The notes: a model not told the origin generated them from the sequence alone. A stretch of DNA of 64,000 nucleotides from Takakia lepidozioides (GCA_030704615.1 CM060731.1:77996001-78060000); one strand, 5' to 3'; counted from the stretch's first letter, positions 25,490-38,622 are shown. Numbers and translations: made by a program.

Positions 25490-26589
25490 TGCTACTGTCC
25501 AACGAATCAGGCGGACCTCGTGCTGCAAAAAGATTGTTGTACATGTGCCATCTAACCACACTCACCTACTTTTGTAAAATTATTTTTGCAATTAGACTAG
25601 TACTTACATTCCCCTGCAATTTCCATACAGCCAGTGCCCAAAGTAAGATATTGGAATCACATATATAAACCTTTCAAGAACATTATAAGCTGCAAGCACG
25701 CTCAGAGATTCCAAATTAGAGGTTTGATTGTAAGCACATGATATGGCCGTAATGTCAACTGTAGCAGTCTATATTTGGGAGATCAAGATACTTGATTCAA
25801 GTGAAAATTTGATTGCAAATTTAGTGCAAGGCCAATTAACATATGATATCCTAAATTGGGTGACCTCAGGTGTTTGTAACATCTCAGCACCCAGATGACA
25901 CAATTCAGGTTCAAAAGTCTTAGAACGGTTGAAGGTGTTCTAGTGCTAGAGTCTTCAAAAGAAGTCTATGGTGACCACCAACTTCTCTTATTCTTTGACG
26001 CATCTGGAAAACCATGCTCTGGAAGTCTAGTAAGCTGCTTATAATTGCAAAACATGTGAGCTTTGCATCCGTAAATCAGTCCAGAACTCTTGGCCTAGAT
26101 GGGAGGGACTATGTACAACGTATACTTTACAATGGTGATGGCGGCACATGAGATTGTACTAGATTGTGTATATGACTAAGTTGTAAGTTCTAGATTGTAG
26201 CTAGAGATGCATCCAGGTACTGGGACCAGGGGGATGTAAGCTTTATTCACGACCTGATAATTTGGGCTCGTCTTGTCCTCGGAAGGAGGTTGATTGGGCA
26301 CATATTTGCGCATGATTGAGCTGGAAAAAGCATACTCGGTGAACTTTGAGGATGCTAGCTAGGATTGTACATAATGGATTGTTTGCTGCAAAATTATCTG
26401 GGTTGTTGGAGCGTCTGTCTGGCTCTGCCTGCCCTCCCCCTCATACATGTAGCTCTTGGCAAGATGGTGCGTTTACTATGGCCTCTGCTCCCTCAATGCT
26501 CGGTATGGCTTGCCAAAAACCACGGCAACAAAATACCCGTATCCTCAAATCGTAATGGACTTTCGTTAGGCATAGGCGGGTCACAGAAA

Positions 26590-27355
26590 CCATACCCTGT
26601 GGCGTCACCCACCTTCGTTGGACGCTGCCTATAAACTGTTTTTGGATTGGCAGAAAATAGATTAATTTATCTATTTTTTTAATTTTTGATCTCTAGTTGA
26701 GGTTTCCGATACTATACTTGATTTATAAGTAGTTTGATTTACAACAACCTCACGACTTCACCCACCTTCGGTGGACGTAGGTGGGTCTTTGGCAGGCCCT
26801 ACCATCTGATCAGATTGGGAGGAGTTGGTAAAAAATTAAGTTTCCATTTTAATTATTTTGTTTTTGTGGGTGAGGGCCTTGTCTTGTCTTGTCACTGTCT
26901 TCAGTGGGCATAGGTCCATCCTTGAAAGGCCGAGGCCCCTCAAATTGCAATTTCAAGGGCAATATGGTCAGACTGGCAGCGAATTAGAACAATTTTTCTT
27001 TTTCCTATTACTTGTTTGTCTTTCAAGAGTTTGTGGTTGACATTTCGACCCTCCTGTTTTGTCCCCCCTCCTTCGGTGGACATAGGTTGGTCCTTGACAG
27101 ACCCACATATATGGTCAGATAGGTAGTAATTTAGAAAACATTAATTTACTTTTTTATGTCTTGGTTTCTTTCAGGCTTTACGATAGAGGTTTTTGACCGG
27201 TTGAGTAGAATAATTATATAGTCGAGTAGGCAGAAAAGTATAATATTTTTTTTAAAAAAAAATCTTTTGTTTTCCCTTTCAGTGTTTGAGGTTAAGGTTT
27301 TCGACAATACACCCCCCTGTCTCATCACCCACCTTCGGTGCACGTAGGGTGGTCC
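26590..27355. repeat. Repeat region with four CACCCACCTTCG-N5-CGTAGGTGGG-type dyads
   Basis: Dyads at ~26606 (half), 26760, 27068 and 27326; 26590-26830 aligns with 36121-36370. Confidence 0.8.
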
Positions 27356-27502
27356 CTGGGTCCATGATATGTGGTTTAAGTCCATTTGATATCCTTCTTA
27401 TCCACCCCCATTTTGACCTTTGTATGTCTTTATAATTAAGTGTTATTAACCACACATGGTTTCTTAGGGTTACTTGCACAAATTTAAGTGTTTGTGATCA
27501 AG

Positions 27503-28102
27503 TTACCAAAAGAGGAGTTATCCAAGGTAGCCGCGACTAACGCATTTGTGTAACAAATTTGACGGGGAGTACGTCAAGCTAAAGAGAAGCTGATGGTTGC
27601 CCAAAATCGCCAAAAGCAGTATGCAAATGCACGTCGACGGGATGAGGAGTTTGCAGTTGGGGATCAAGTGTGGTTGCCTACAATCAATTTACACATCATT
27701 GGATCGCGAAAACTAAGGGCACGATTCATTGGTTTTTTTTCGATCATTAAACGCATTGGAGCAGTAACATACAAGCTGGAGTTACCACCACATATGAAGA
27801 TCCACCCGATGTTTCACGTTTCTCTACTACGTCGTTACGAACCTCGACCATCGATATTCAAAGATAATCAAGAACCACAACCTTTACCAGAGTTGATAGA
27901 CCGAAATGAAGAGTGGGAGGTCGACCGTGTTCTGAAAAAATGCGCATACAAACGAGGACGACATAAGGTGTTGGAGTATTTGGTTTTATGGAAAGCATTT
28001 CCATTATATGAAGCTACCTGGGAACCGGTGCAAAATCTCACAAATGCTCAATTGGCAATTCAAGCTTTTGAAAATTCGAACAACGAGGACGTTGCTTCTT
28101 GA
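27503..28102 (+). pseudogene. Inverted integrase C-terminus (GPY/F region) plus chromodomain
   Basis: AQNRQKQYANARRR..FAVGDQVWL, IHPMFHVSLL, EWEVDRVL..EYLVLWK..ATWEP. Followed by PPT GAAAGAGGGGAGGA at 28101-28114. Confidence 0.92.
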
Positions 28103-28115
28103 AAGAGGGGAGGAT

Positions 28116-28552
28116 TGTAACAAGGTAGAATCTAGAAGGTTCTAGATGGAGGAGGAAAGTTCCCTAGAAGTTTCCAGAATAATTAGGAAGGATCCTAAGA
28201 AGTTTGACTTAATGAAGTTTGACTTGAGGCTCTAAAGTCAAACCTCTAAGATATTCATATTATGGAGAGTAGGTCAAATCTTTGATAAAATCATATTGTA
28301 GAGAATATGTCAAACCTAGGAAGGTTGACTTTAACAAGTATCTTTGATAAAGTCGTATTGTAGAGAATATGTCAAACCTAATAAGGTTGACTTTAGGAAG
28401 CTTTGACTTGAGGCTCTCAAGTCAAACATTTAAAATAATTATATTGTGAAGGGTATATAAACCTGCAATGAAAGCCTAAAAGGCATCGAGTTGTTTTGGG
28501 AAAAAATTGAGAAGTACTTCTATTCTAGTTTGTATAGATCATGGGTGTTACA
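28116..28552 (+). repeat. 3' LTR (inverted relative to the element body)
   Basis: TGTAACAAGG...GGGTGTTACA is the reverse complement of 33949-34369; internal ~61-bp duplication. Confidence 0.95.
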
Positions 28553-29371
28553 GGAATACTCATTCCACACAGGGACATGACCAGCCTCAAAGCCTACCGC
28601 AGGATCAACCGGATCAACAACATGTTCGTCTAGAAGCTCGCAAAAAAAATGTCAACGTTTTCAGGAAGACCCGGTTTCTCACGATTTATAGATGATTCAG
28701 TCTCCACAGCATTAAAGAACTTGTACAATGAGACAAGTAATGTCTCCCTCTTTCCAGTTCTACAAAGGTTTGTCAATGTCTCCAAGTCCCCCTGTAAACA
28801 CATCACATTCGAAGCTGATGCGGCTGTAAAAGAACCAATGTACCTTGCCGACCAAACAATCTTGTCGCTGCTACTCCCACTATGACTTCTTTTCTTCTTG
28901 AGCTGCTCCCCATCATTTGCACTTCCTGCAACGTTAGAGTCTCCACGATCAGAGTCAGTGATCGCTTTCTCTCCCGCGTTCATCCCCTTCATTGTAATGT
29001 ACTGTCTCCTTTTGTTTTTTGCTATGGCTGCTTCTGCAACTTTAATCCTTTCATCCTCCAAAGCAACTGCAGTTTTCGTGGCCTCTTTCTGCCGGAAGGA
29101 TCACTTTGTTGCCCGAGCATCGGGCTGCAATCCATGATTCTCATCACCCACATTAGGCTACTCCTGGGCAATTTTTTCTCTCTCTCTTTCTCCTGGAGGA
29201 CCGTCAAATGTTAGGGGGGTAGTCCAGATACCACGGACACAATTCAACATGAAGTGGGTTCATCTTTGCAGTCTAATCTCCAACGAATATAGTGTTTTCT
29301 CATTTACAGTAGTTGTCCACGCCTCGGCCACAGAGGGAAGGTTATCTTTCTCATAGATCTCAAGAAAATAC
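28553..29371 (-). pseudogene. Inverted middle exon of the N4/N6 DNA methyltransferase-like gene
   Basis: After an AG acceptor: YFLEIYEKDNLP...ELCPWYL...ENVDIFF(C)ELLDEH...GHVPVWNEYS. It reads in frame across the TSD into 34375. Confidence 0.7.
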
Positions 29372-29387
29372 CTACATAAACCACTTC

Positions 29388-32300
29388 GTAAGAGTTGTTG
29401 GCACATTTGGGTGTTCACCATACATAAAAAAAAAATGAGTTTCTTTCGTTGACGCGTTGACCGAGTTATTGTATGAAAATTCTACCAATGGTAATAACCA
29501 ATCCCACTCTTCTTGTTTTTCTAATGTAAAGGCCCGCAATATGTCTTCAATTGTACGATTCGCTCTGTCTGTCTGTCCATCTGACTTCGGATGATAGGCT
29601 ATTGACATAGCTAATTTGGTTTTAAAAAAACCAAATAAGCTTTTCCAAAACAAACTAGTAAATTGGGTACCCTTGTCAGTTATGAAAACTTTAGATAGCC
29701 CATGATGAGAATAGACCGCTTCCAGATATAGTCGAGCTAGTTCATGTGCAGTGACGGATTTTTTAGTGGGACGGATGTTTATCATTTTACTCAATTTATC
29801 TGCAAAGACCACTATAGTGTCGTATCCCGATGAGGTTTGAGGTAACTCACAAACTAAATCCATGCTCATATGTTCCCAACGTCTGTTTGGTACTGGTAGT
29901 GGTTGTAAAAGACCTGCTGCTGGCTTGCGGTTTGTTGACTTGTTTTGTTGACATTTCATGCAACTTCGAACGTACGCCTCCACCTCATCTCGCATCCGTG
30001 GCCAATAAAATGTTCGTTTTAATTGTTCGAATGTTTTTTCAACTTCAACATGTCCTGCTATCGCCGTATCATGAGCTTCAAACAAGACTTCTGTCTTCAA
30101 TGCATGTTCATCAGGGATCCAAAGTTTACCTTCCTTGAATACCAATCCTCAAATTTCTGTCACTTTGTCATTCTTCTTAGCGTCCACGATCTCCCCATCA
30201 TCTTTAGAAGCCGTCGCTATCTTGTTCCACCAATCGGGTTGAATGTTGATTTCTGTCAATGTGTTAATGCGCGACATTCTTGTCATTGCATCCGTCAATT
30301 GTCGTTTTTCCTCCACATAAACGATCTTCATGTTACATTGTTGTCGTCACTCCGCCCAACGAATCTGTCTCTTCGATAGATCTTTCTGTGTCTCCAAGTA
30401 CACCAACGGTTTATGGTCTGTCTCCACTATGAACTCTTTATCTCCAAGATAGTGCTTCCAATGTTTTGTACCCAAAACAATGGCTAATTCTTCTCGTTCG
30501 GTTATTTGGTAATTTTGTTCCGCAGGTAACAATTTGCGAGAAAAATATGTCACTGGGTGCCATCCGTCTTCCCATTCTTGTTGTAACACCCCACCCACTA
30601 CTGAGCCTAACACATCTACCGAGAGCTTGATTAGTCTTGTTGGATCATACCATTTCAAGATCGGGGCATGAAGCAACGCATCCTTCAAGGCCTGAAATGC
30701 TAACTCCTCTTCTGTACCCCACTTCCATCTAATTCCTTTGCCCAAAAGATTTGTCAATGGTTGGGCAATATTTGAGAATGCCCGTACAAATCGTCTGTAG
30801 AATCCGGTAAGGCCAAGAAAACTCCTTAATTGGGTAATGTCTTCAGGGGCTATCCACTGCTGAATAACTTCTATTTTCTCACTCATTACCTCAATTCTCT
30901 TCCTACTCATGCGATGCCCAAGATAATCTACTTCTTGTTTTCCAAACTCACATTTAGATGTTTTGGCATATAGCTGATTCTCACGGAGAACTTGTAATAC
31001 TTGTTTGAGGTGGTTTCTATGCTCGACAAGGCTGTTACTGTAGATCAAAATATCATCTAAAAAGACTATCACAAATCTATCTAAGAATGGACGGAATATA
31101 TCATTCATGAGGCCCATGAATGTGGCTGGGGCATTGGTGAGACCAAATGACATAACCATGTATTCAAAATGTCCATACGTAGTGCGAAAAGCGGTTTTAT
31201 ATACATCTTCATCAGCGACTCGAATTTGATTGTATCCACTCCTCAGATCAAGCTTCGTAAAGTATTTTGCTCCTCGCAGTTGGTTAAATAGATCGTCCAT
31301 GCGTGATAACGGATACTTGTTCTTCACTGTCTGCTGGTTGAGTGCTCGATAATCAATGCACATGCGCATTGCTCTATCTTTTTTCTTCACTAACAACACC
31401 AGCGCTCCATACGGGGATACACTTGGTCTTATAAAACCTTTTGATAATAGGTCCTCAACTTGAGCTTACATTCTTCCAACTCGTTTGGTGCTAATCGATA
31501 AATGACTTTACAAGAAGAAGTATTACTTGGAACAACCTCAATCTTATGATCTACTCTTCTCTTTGGCGGAAACCGTGCTGGTAGGTCATCTGGAAAGACA
31601 TCTTTGAACTCTTTCAATACACTCTGTAATTCTATAGGGACCTCACTCATGTCTTTTTTCGGATTTTCCACGTCTCTTATTAAACCTACAAATAATAATT
31701 CTTTCTTACATATAGCTGTAGTACCTATAACAAATGATGGTAGGTTTCGATATAGTGTCCTCACTCGATCTCCCTATATTTTTCCAATTCTGGGTTTTGA
31801 CTATCTTTCGACGCCAATCAACATCAGGGTTGTGAGATTCCATCCAAGACATGCCTAATATTACGTCATATCGAGCCAGTCTGACCACTCGTCATTCTAA
31901 GATTTCTCTATATTTACCAATTGACAACTCTATGTTTTTAGGTAGTGTCTCAATGGCCTCTGTATGTCCATTTGGCATTTCTACTTCCTCTCTTTCATCA
32001 TTTTCTAAGGGGAGTCATAGTTTCAAGGTAGCCTTTCTAGATAAGAAATTTTCTGCTGCCCCAAGGTCTATTAACACTCTCACATAAATACCTTCCAAGG
32101 TTCCATCTGCCACAATTAACTGCGTCTCTTTCTTGCCCGCATGATTGATTTGTCTCTTCTCCTTGTAGGGCCCCTCGCCTTTCCTCTTCTTTGTAGAACC
32201 AGTAAGACCGCGAAGTCTACTTACTGGTTGTCATCGTTTTCCTGCTCATTGTGATGTTCGTTATCTTCTCCTTTTCTTAAGAGGTCTTCGATAAGTTTTG

Positions 32301-33296
32301 TCGATTGTACCTTCCACTTCGGCAGTTGGCTGCAAGATGTCCGTATTTTCCACAGTTGTAACATTGTCTAGTTTCCCTTTGTCCTTCTATTCGTGGGAAT
32401 GTTGAGGAGGTCACATCTTTGTCATTCAATTTCATTCGCCGCTTTGGGTTATCTTCCCCATATCTGATTCCCGGCCTATTTCTTTGAGAGTATTGGAAGT
32501 TATCCCGTCTTCGAAGATTTCCAAGCTGTATAGGCGTTGGTCCGTATTGGTTCAATGGAACGTGTATACCTTCGTCGTATTTTGGTAGCATCCCTTCAAT
32601 CTTTTGGGCCAATGAAATTGCTTCGTGGACATCAACCGGGTTGAGTAAAATTACTTCTCCTTGAATTTTCTTCTTCAATCATCTTTTGAAGTTGTCTAAA
32701 GCTTCTGCAGGACTCATGTCTTCGATTTGGACCTGAAGATTAAAAAAATCTTCAATGTAATTTTGCACACTCTCACGTTGTTCCAAATTCCATAATTTTA
32801 TTCGAGCAGTTGTAACAGCATCTACTGCCTTGAATTGTTGGAGCAGTTCCGCTTTCAAGGTGCTCCATAGTAAATGTTCTCTTTTTGCAATCTGTCTTCT
32901 CTCCCATGTCTGTAACCATGTTGAAGCATTGTCGAGTAGAAAAGATCGTATGAACATTCCGTGGTCCAAATCACTTGATGTAGGGAAATATGACAGATGT
33001 ATTTCCATTTGATAAATCCATCTTTCTAGTACTCCCATGACGCGACTTCATTTATACGGCTTGACCTTGCACAACTTGGTCATTTTTTGCAGTAACGTAT
33101 CCGACCCATCAGCAACCAGTCCCGGGGCGGTTGATTGTTTCACTTGTTTAAGCTCCTCCATCAACACGTTGTTTTGTTGTTGGGTCATGACAAGAGCATT
33201 CTGCAATTCATATAAGCGCTCCATTATCCACACCGTCTGATCATTGGCTTGATGAGTAGTGTGTGCATTGTCCACCATTTCTTCATTGTCCGCCAT
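29388..33296 (-). pseudogene. gag-pol of the second chromovirus
   Basis: CYNCGKYGHLAANC knuckle, VLIDLGAA protease, [10 protein letters not shown] / FLDD RT, RNase H, HMSMDLV and YHPKSDGQ integrase. Truncated at the inversion breakpoint. Confidence 0.95.
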
Positions 33297-33948
33297 CTTG
33301 CTCCACTACTCCTTCCTTCGTGGTGTTTGTCTTCTAAAATTAATGTATACTATCTCTATTCTCTTATCCTAACACAGTATGTAAATAGTGCAATCCCAAA
33401 CCATCCCGTATGTGACTATTGGTAATACAAAAAGGACGTTTGAACTCATGACAAGGTTCATGAATTCTACCCCAAATTTTGCAACTAAAAATCTCACAAG
33501 ATGATGTTTATCAATGACGCGTACATTGATACTAAATATATTTGGCGGTGGAAAATTAGGCGGAAAATGTCTACCTCGATCCATGAGCTATGTATATACA
33601 CATATGTATACCTTCCAATTTCTAATTATAGGAAAGACGACATGTCGTGGGTTTTGTAACACTTCTTAATATTGTTCCTCTCCAAATCTTTGTACTATCA
33701 TATCTCTAATTTCTGCTTTACGACGACATATAATTTTAAACTCACACTCCGAAAGAAAATCACAGAAATGTGGTTGATTTAAGTCCATAAATTTTTTATA
33801 CTATCGTTATGATGCACCATCACTACTATCTATTCAACATTTAAAAATATTAACGACAAAAATCTCTAAAAAAAAAAACATCTCAATCGAATCCTCCTAA
33901 AGAATGTATTCACTCCCAACTTTAAGAAAGATTAGGTTCTGATACCAT

Positions 33949-34369
33949 TGTACACCCATGATCTACACAAACTAGAATAGAAGTACTTCTCAACTTTTTC
34001 CCAAAACAACTCGATGCCTTCTAGGCTTTCATCGCAGGTTTATATACCCTTCACAATATTATTATTTTAAAGGTTTGACTTTAGAGCCTCAAGTCAAAGC
34101 TTTTTAAAGTCAACCTTCCTAGGTTTGACATATTCTCTACAATACGACTTTATCAAAGATACTTGCTAAAGTCAACCTTCCTAGGTTTGACATATTCTCT
34201 ACAATATGACTTTATCAAAGATTTGACATACTCTCCATAATATGAATATCTTAGAGGTTTGACTGGAGAGCCTTAAGTCAAACTTCTTAGGATCATTCCT
34301 AATTATTCTGAAAACTTCTAGGGAACTTTCCTCCTCCATCTAGAACCTTCTAGATTCTATCTTGTTACA
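33949..34369 (-). repeat. 5' LTR of the second chromovirus
   Basis: TG...CA ends, adjacent Met PBS, flanked by ATTCC (minus-strand GGAAT) at 34370-34374. Confidence 0.95.
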
Positions 34370-35473
34370 ATTCCCATGAGAACATGCTCAATGCATTTGA
34401 CATTGTTTACGATTTCATTGAGGACAACAGATGTTTTATTCTGATTGTCCCAACCGATCTCCGTACGATAATTCGTAGGCACACCGAAAAAAAGGAGATG
34501 ACGATGTTCAAGACTTTGACATGCATCGATGACAGAGACTTGAGATGCAATACGGGAAATGTAATCACTTTTGCTATTCCTTGCAAAATTTTGGATATTA
34601 TTTTATAACTGTTCCAAATCTAATCCTTTCATATGTTCCTGCACTGATGCTATTCTTCAACGTCCATTGTTTGGTGCTCGCGAGTTGCACACAATTTGAA
34701 ATCAGTGACCAAGTGTTTCTCCGCTGATATGTTGCGACATTTTCTACCTTCATCTGAGATGACAATGTCACCAAATGATTATCCTTATAGAGGTCGCAAA
34801 GAGAAATCCCCCGCATTCTACGAGACAATCATGGAGCTATGTTCAGCTGAGGAGGCTAAAGTTATGGATTTGTCTGCTTTGGAAAATAACATTAATTCAT
34901 GTATTTATACATGTCTCTTTTGTAATTAGACTACTATTAAGTATGTCAAGGTTTTGCATATGCTTTGCTTTAACTGGAAACGGGTTATCGTATATTGGCC
35001 GAGTTAGTTGATGTTGTAGGAAACTCGGTGAAAGCCGCAATTACATCCGGCAGATACATCATTGCAATGGAGAGTGATTTTGAGCTGTTCGATGACATTT
35101 AAATGAAGCCAATGATGGACACTGGCCCGAAGAGAAGACGACCTCCTGGGCCACCTACTAGAAGGTTTGCAGTGAAGTATGTGGACACATCAGATGGCGA
35201 TGGTGATATGTGAGTGAGTCATCTCACAAACCTTCTTTGAATATTAGTCAGTTTCTCGGGTTATTATAATTATAATTATTATTATAAATGAGTTTGACTG
35301 CGTGGTTGCATTTGTGCAGGCACACAAATGTGAGGAGGCAGAAGTGGGATTTGCGTGCCTACGCCGCTGACATACCCATGATCCCACAACAGTTTCCGAT
35401 GCTCCCAATCTACGCAGAGGCTGAGACCGAAAGACAGACATCATCAATACGAGAAAATGAGTGGGATGACTAG
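34370..35473 (+). pseudogene. Class-beta N4/N6 DNA methyltransferase-like C-terminal exons
   Basis: YRGRKEKSPAFYETIMELCSAEEAKVMDLSA / GNSVKAAITSGRYIIAMESDFELF parallels HPTQKP..L...I...S..GD.VLDPFAGSGTT..AA..LGR..IGIE.D of beta-class amino-MTases. Introns and stops present. Confidence 0.7.
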
Positions 35474-36120
35474 TTGACGTGGACAAGGAAAAAATCTATG
35501 TTTGGGAATAATAGTTTTGTCTATGTGTTGGACGAGGCAACATGCATCTGAACTGTCTAGTAGTAGTATGACCGGTAGCCTAGATGATCTACCAAAAATG
35601 TGTAATAGATTTGGGATCTGAGGACACCATTAAATAACAGATTTTTAAGATGGGGAACGGGCTAAGCAGTAATGGATGTCTTACTGCCGGATGTTGTGTC
35701 TAAGTACAATGGCCTCGATGGGTGTGATGTACCCAAAGTGTCTCCGACCAAGTCATTTTTGAAGATCATACTTCTCTCTTTGTGTCTAGATTTTGAAACG
35801 GAATATAAGTGAAGCTTCATTTAGTCATATGTTCGGGGATGGATTTTACAAGATGGAGTTTTGAAAAAATACATACTCTGTAATGCTGAAGGGCCTATGA
35901 AAAGAAATATTCTCCAATTTAAAGGCCTAATGTATTGTCGCATTCAACATTAACAATGACAACGGACTATCAAGAAGCATGTTTGTTTTTGTGATTGAAT
36001 CATTCAATTTAGACATGCTTCCCCTAACAATGTATTTGCATACTGTACTCTTTGCCCTGTGTGAACGAAGGTGACGTTCGTCAGCGATGGATATGCGATG
36101 CTAAATAAGAGAATTAGAAA

Positions 36121-36490
36121 CCATATCCTGTGGAGTGACCCACCTTTGGTTGGTGGACGAAGGTGGCTCCTATATTGCCTATAATGTTTTCGTATAGGCA
36201 AAAAAATATTAATTTATCAAATTGTTTTATACTTGATCTATGGTTGATGTTTCCGACCCTATCCCTGATATATAAGTATTTTGCTTTATAACAACCTCAT
36301 AAGTTCACCCACCTTCGGTGGACATAGGTGGGTCTTTGGCATGCCATAACATATGGTCAGATTGGCATTAATTGAGATTTTTTTTATTTTTTTATTTTTT
36401 TTTCTTATTATTATTATTATTATTTTTCCGCAAACCGGCCCGTGTTCTACAACTGCGGAGGATACCTCCTTCGTTGGCCGTAGGTGCTTT
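36121..36490. repeat. Second copy of the dyad-bearing repeat
   Basis: Dyads at ~36138, 36306 and 36464; aligns with 26590-26830. Confidence 0.8.
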
Positions 36491-38622
36491 TATTGGGCAG
36501 GTTTGTTGGGCAGCGGCAAATGTGCTGACCTTCGTTTACCTTCGTCACTGATGGAATATAGCTGTTAACGGACACAATATGAGCTCTCCTTGCATGAAGC
36601 TATGTCAATCCCTTTCTATTGCATGTGCTTCGTAATGAGAAGGAGGCTGCCCTCACCATTCTTGTCTATCGAAAGAGGTTGGAGGATGATTTCCAAGACC
36701 AATGTACTGAATTGTCATTGCACCAGGCTAAATGTAATCTCAGATCCATTCTTAACCCCTAAAGGATTTTTGCCACGATCCAACTTTCATGGATGACAGT
36801 GGATAGAAGTGAACGCTGAAGATAAATTGTCGAGGTTAGAGAGGACCATATGTGGGAATTTACAGCACCCTAAAATAATAAAAGCTCCGCTCTCTAGAAT
36901 TTTGCAAAGTGCGAGGGGGTCAGGAAATCCAGCCTAGTGTTGAGCACCATTGGCTGGCCCCCACATGCACAATCTTGTAAATAACGTCTAGGGCTGAAAA
37001 TTTATCATAATGCCAAATTTTTTGGACAAGGCACTATGAAATGACTTACTCACCACATGAATTAGAAAACAACTATCACCTTATGGGTGTACTTGGGAAA
37101 GAAGCCAAAACATGACAATTTATCTCCCCGATTTTACATTTGGTCTCGATTTTGGGGGACGCAATCCTTTAGATGCCACATATCCAGATTAGGGAGGTCC
37201 TCAGTCTACGAAGATTCAACTCAATACTTGAATTCTGTGGTCAAACCAGATTTTCCATGCAATTTTGGAATACATTCAGAAATTGGGGCAGATTTTTTTG
37301 TTATAATCTCCCAAATGCAATGGTCAAATTGCCTACATTTTCGACTTGACGTTGATGTAGTAGATATGCACATATGTATAAGGTTCATCCCCATGGATGG
37401 TAAAAAGTTACTCCCTCATCCACGAGGTACTCTTCTGAAAAGAAAATGTCCCCTTTTTCATCCTCCATGGTTGTTCTCTGAGGTTATTTTTTCCTCGCCC
37501 TTAATTAGTAGAATTCTCTAGGGCCTCCGAGTCGGTTCCAGGTTTCACTGAAATCGGTGTGTGCCTTATGGCGTAACCGGGGTTTTAATTTTTCTCCCCT
37601 CAATAACTCTGAATAAAGCTCCAGGGCATCCCCCTGTTAATCCAAAAAAAAAAAAAAAAAAAAACAACGTCATTTTCTTCTTAGTAATACTGGGAGGAGT
37701 CGAATGGGTGGGCTTGTTTACCCGCAGGACAAATGTGTGACTCGGTGAATAATGAGAGCATCCGGCGAACGGACTGGGGGTATGAGCAAAACCGTTGAGG
37801 GGCGCACCCCTTGACTCTTCCTTGCGTGGCTTGTGGCTGCTCAACTGGCGGCCTCACACATTTGTATTGCCTGCTGTGACCGAGTTTCTCATCTTGGATG
37901 TGGGCAGGTCCAAGCTGTTGAGATTATTGCAGTTGGGTTCTTCTCTTGCCCTCTCTGTCTGCCTGCTTTCAAACCGAAGGAAGCTCATTTGGGCGTGCAA
38001 GTGTGGAAGATTCCAGGTCCATGGAGTTCATTCGATGACGGAGGTATTCTGATTGATGCTGTTGTTTTGATGATTTTGCAGTTTCAAGCTTCCAACACAG
38101 CGGTTCATTCTCAAAATTGGTTGCGTTTCATATTCCTACTATGAGGATGAGCGAGTTTCCATTAACTTCTGATTCTTGCTGGTAGTCTAGGCATCTTGAG
38201 CAAGAAAGACGAAGTGGATAGGCTCACTCACCATGAAAATCATTTTCACAAATTACAACTTTGATGAGAGAGAGGGGCACCAGATTGCATCCGATGATAC
38301 TCATGAATGGGCATCGCATTGAAGCTCCCGTAGCAGTATTCCAGGGCATTGAGTGGGACCCCTTTCTCCTTTGAAATTGTTTTACTCGATTAAGAACTTC
38401 TTAGCTGTAAGGTTTGGCTGGAGCCTTGACTCCAGTCACGATTGCAATATTCATTTGATGTGAACCTCTTTCCGTCACAGCTCCCGGAAATCTATTACTT
38501 TGCTCAGTGCTCGCGATGTTTTGCAGTGTTTTATTCCGGTATCTCCCACCAAGAACCCGAAGATACAGGATGGGGGCATGGACTGAGCCATAAGTTTTGT
38601 AAGATCCAAGAGACACAGCAAA

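Larger units (their letters stand above)
27503..34369 (-). mobile_element. Ty3/gypsy chromovirus (tRNA-Met primed) split by an inversion
   Basis: 5' LTR 33949-34369 (minus), PBS TGGTATCAGAACC 33935-33947 and gag-pol on minus. Integrase C-terminus, chromodomain, PPT and 3' LTR lie on plus at 27503-28552. Matching 5-bp TSD GGAAT. Confidence 0.92.

Noticed and set aside
26590-27355. CRISPR array or tRNA/ncRNA cluster from the repeated hairpins
   Set aside because: Irregular 150-300 bp spacing, homologous flanks and no cloverleaf or A/B boxes.
28116-34369. DNA transposon or DIRS element with long inverted terminal repeats
   Set aside because: The repeats are TG..CA LTRs with PBS, PPT and a shared TSD, and the element has a DDE integrase. 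An inversion explains the orientation.
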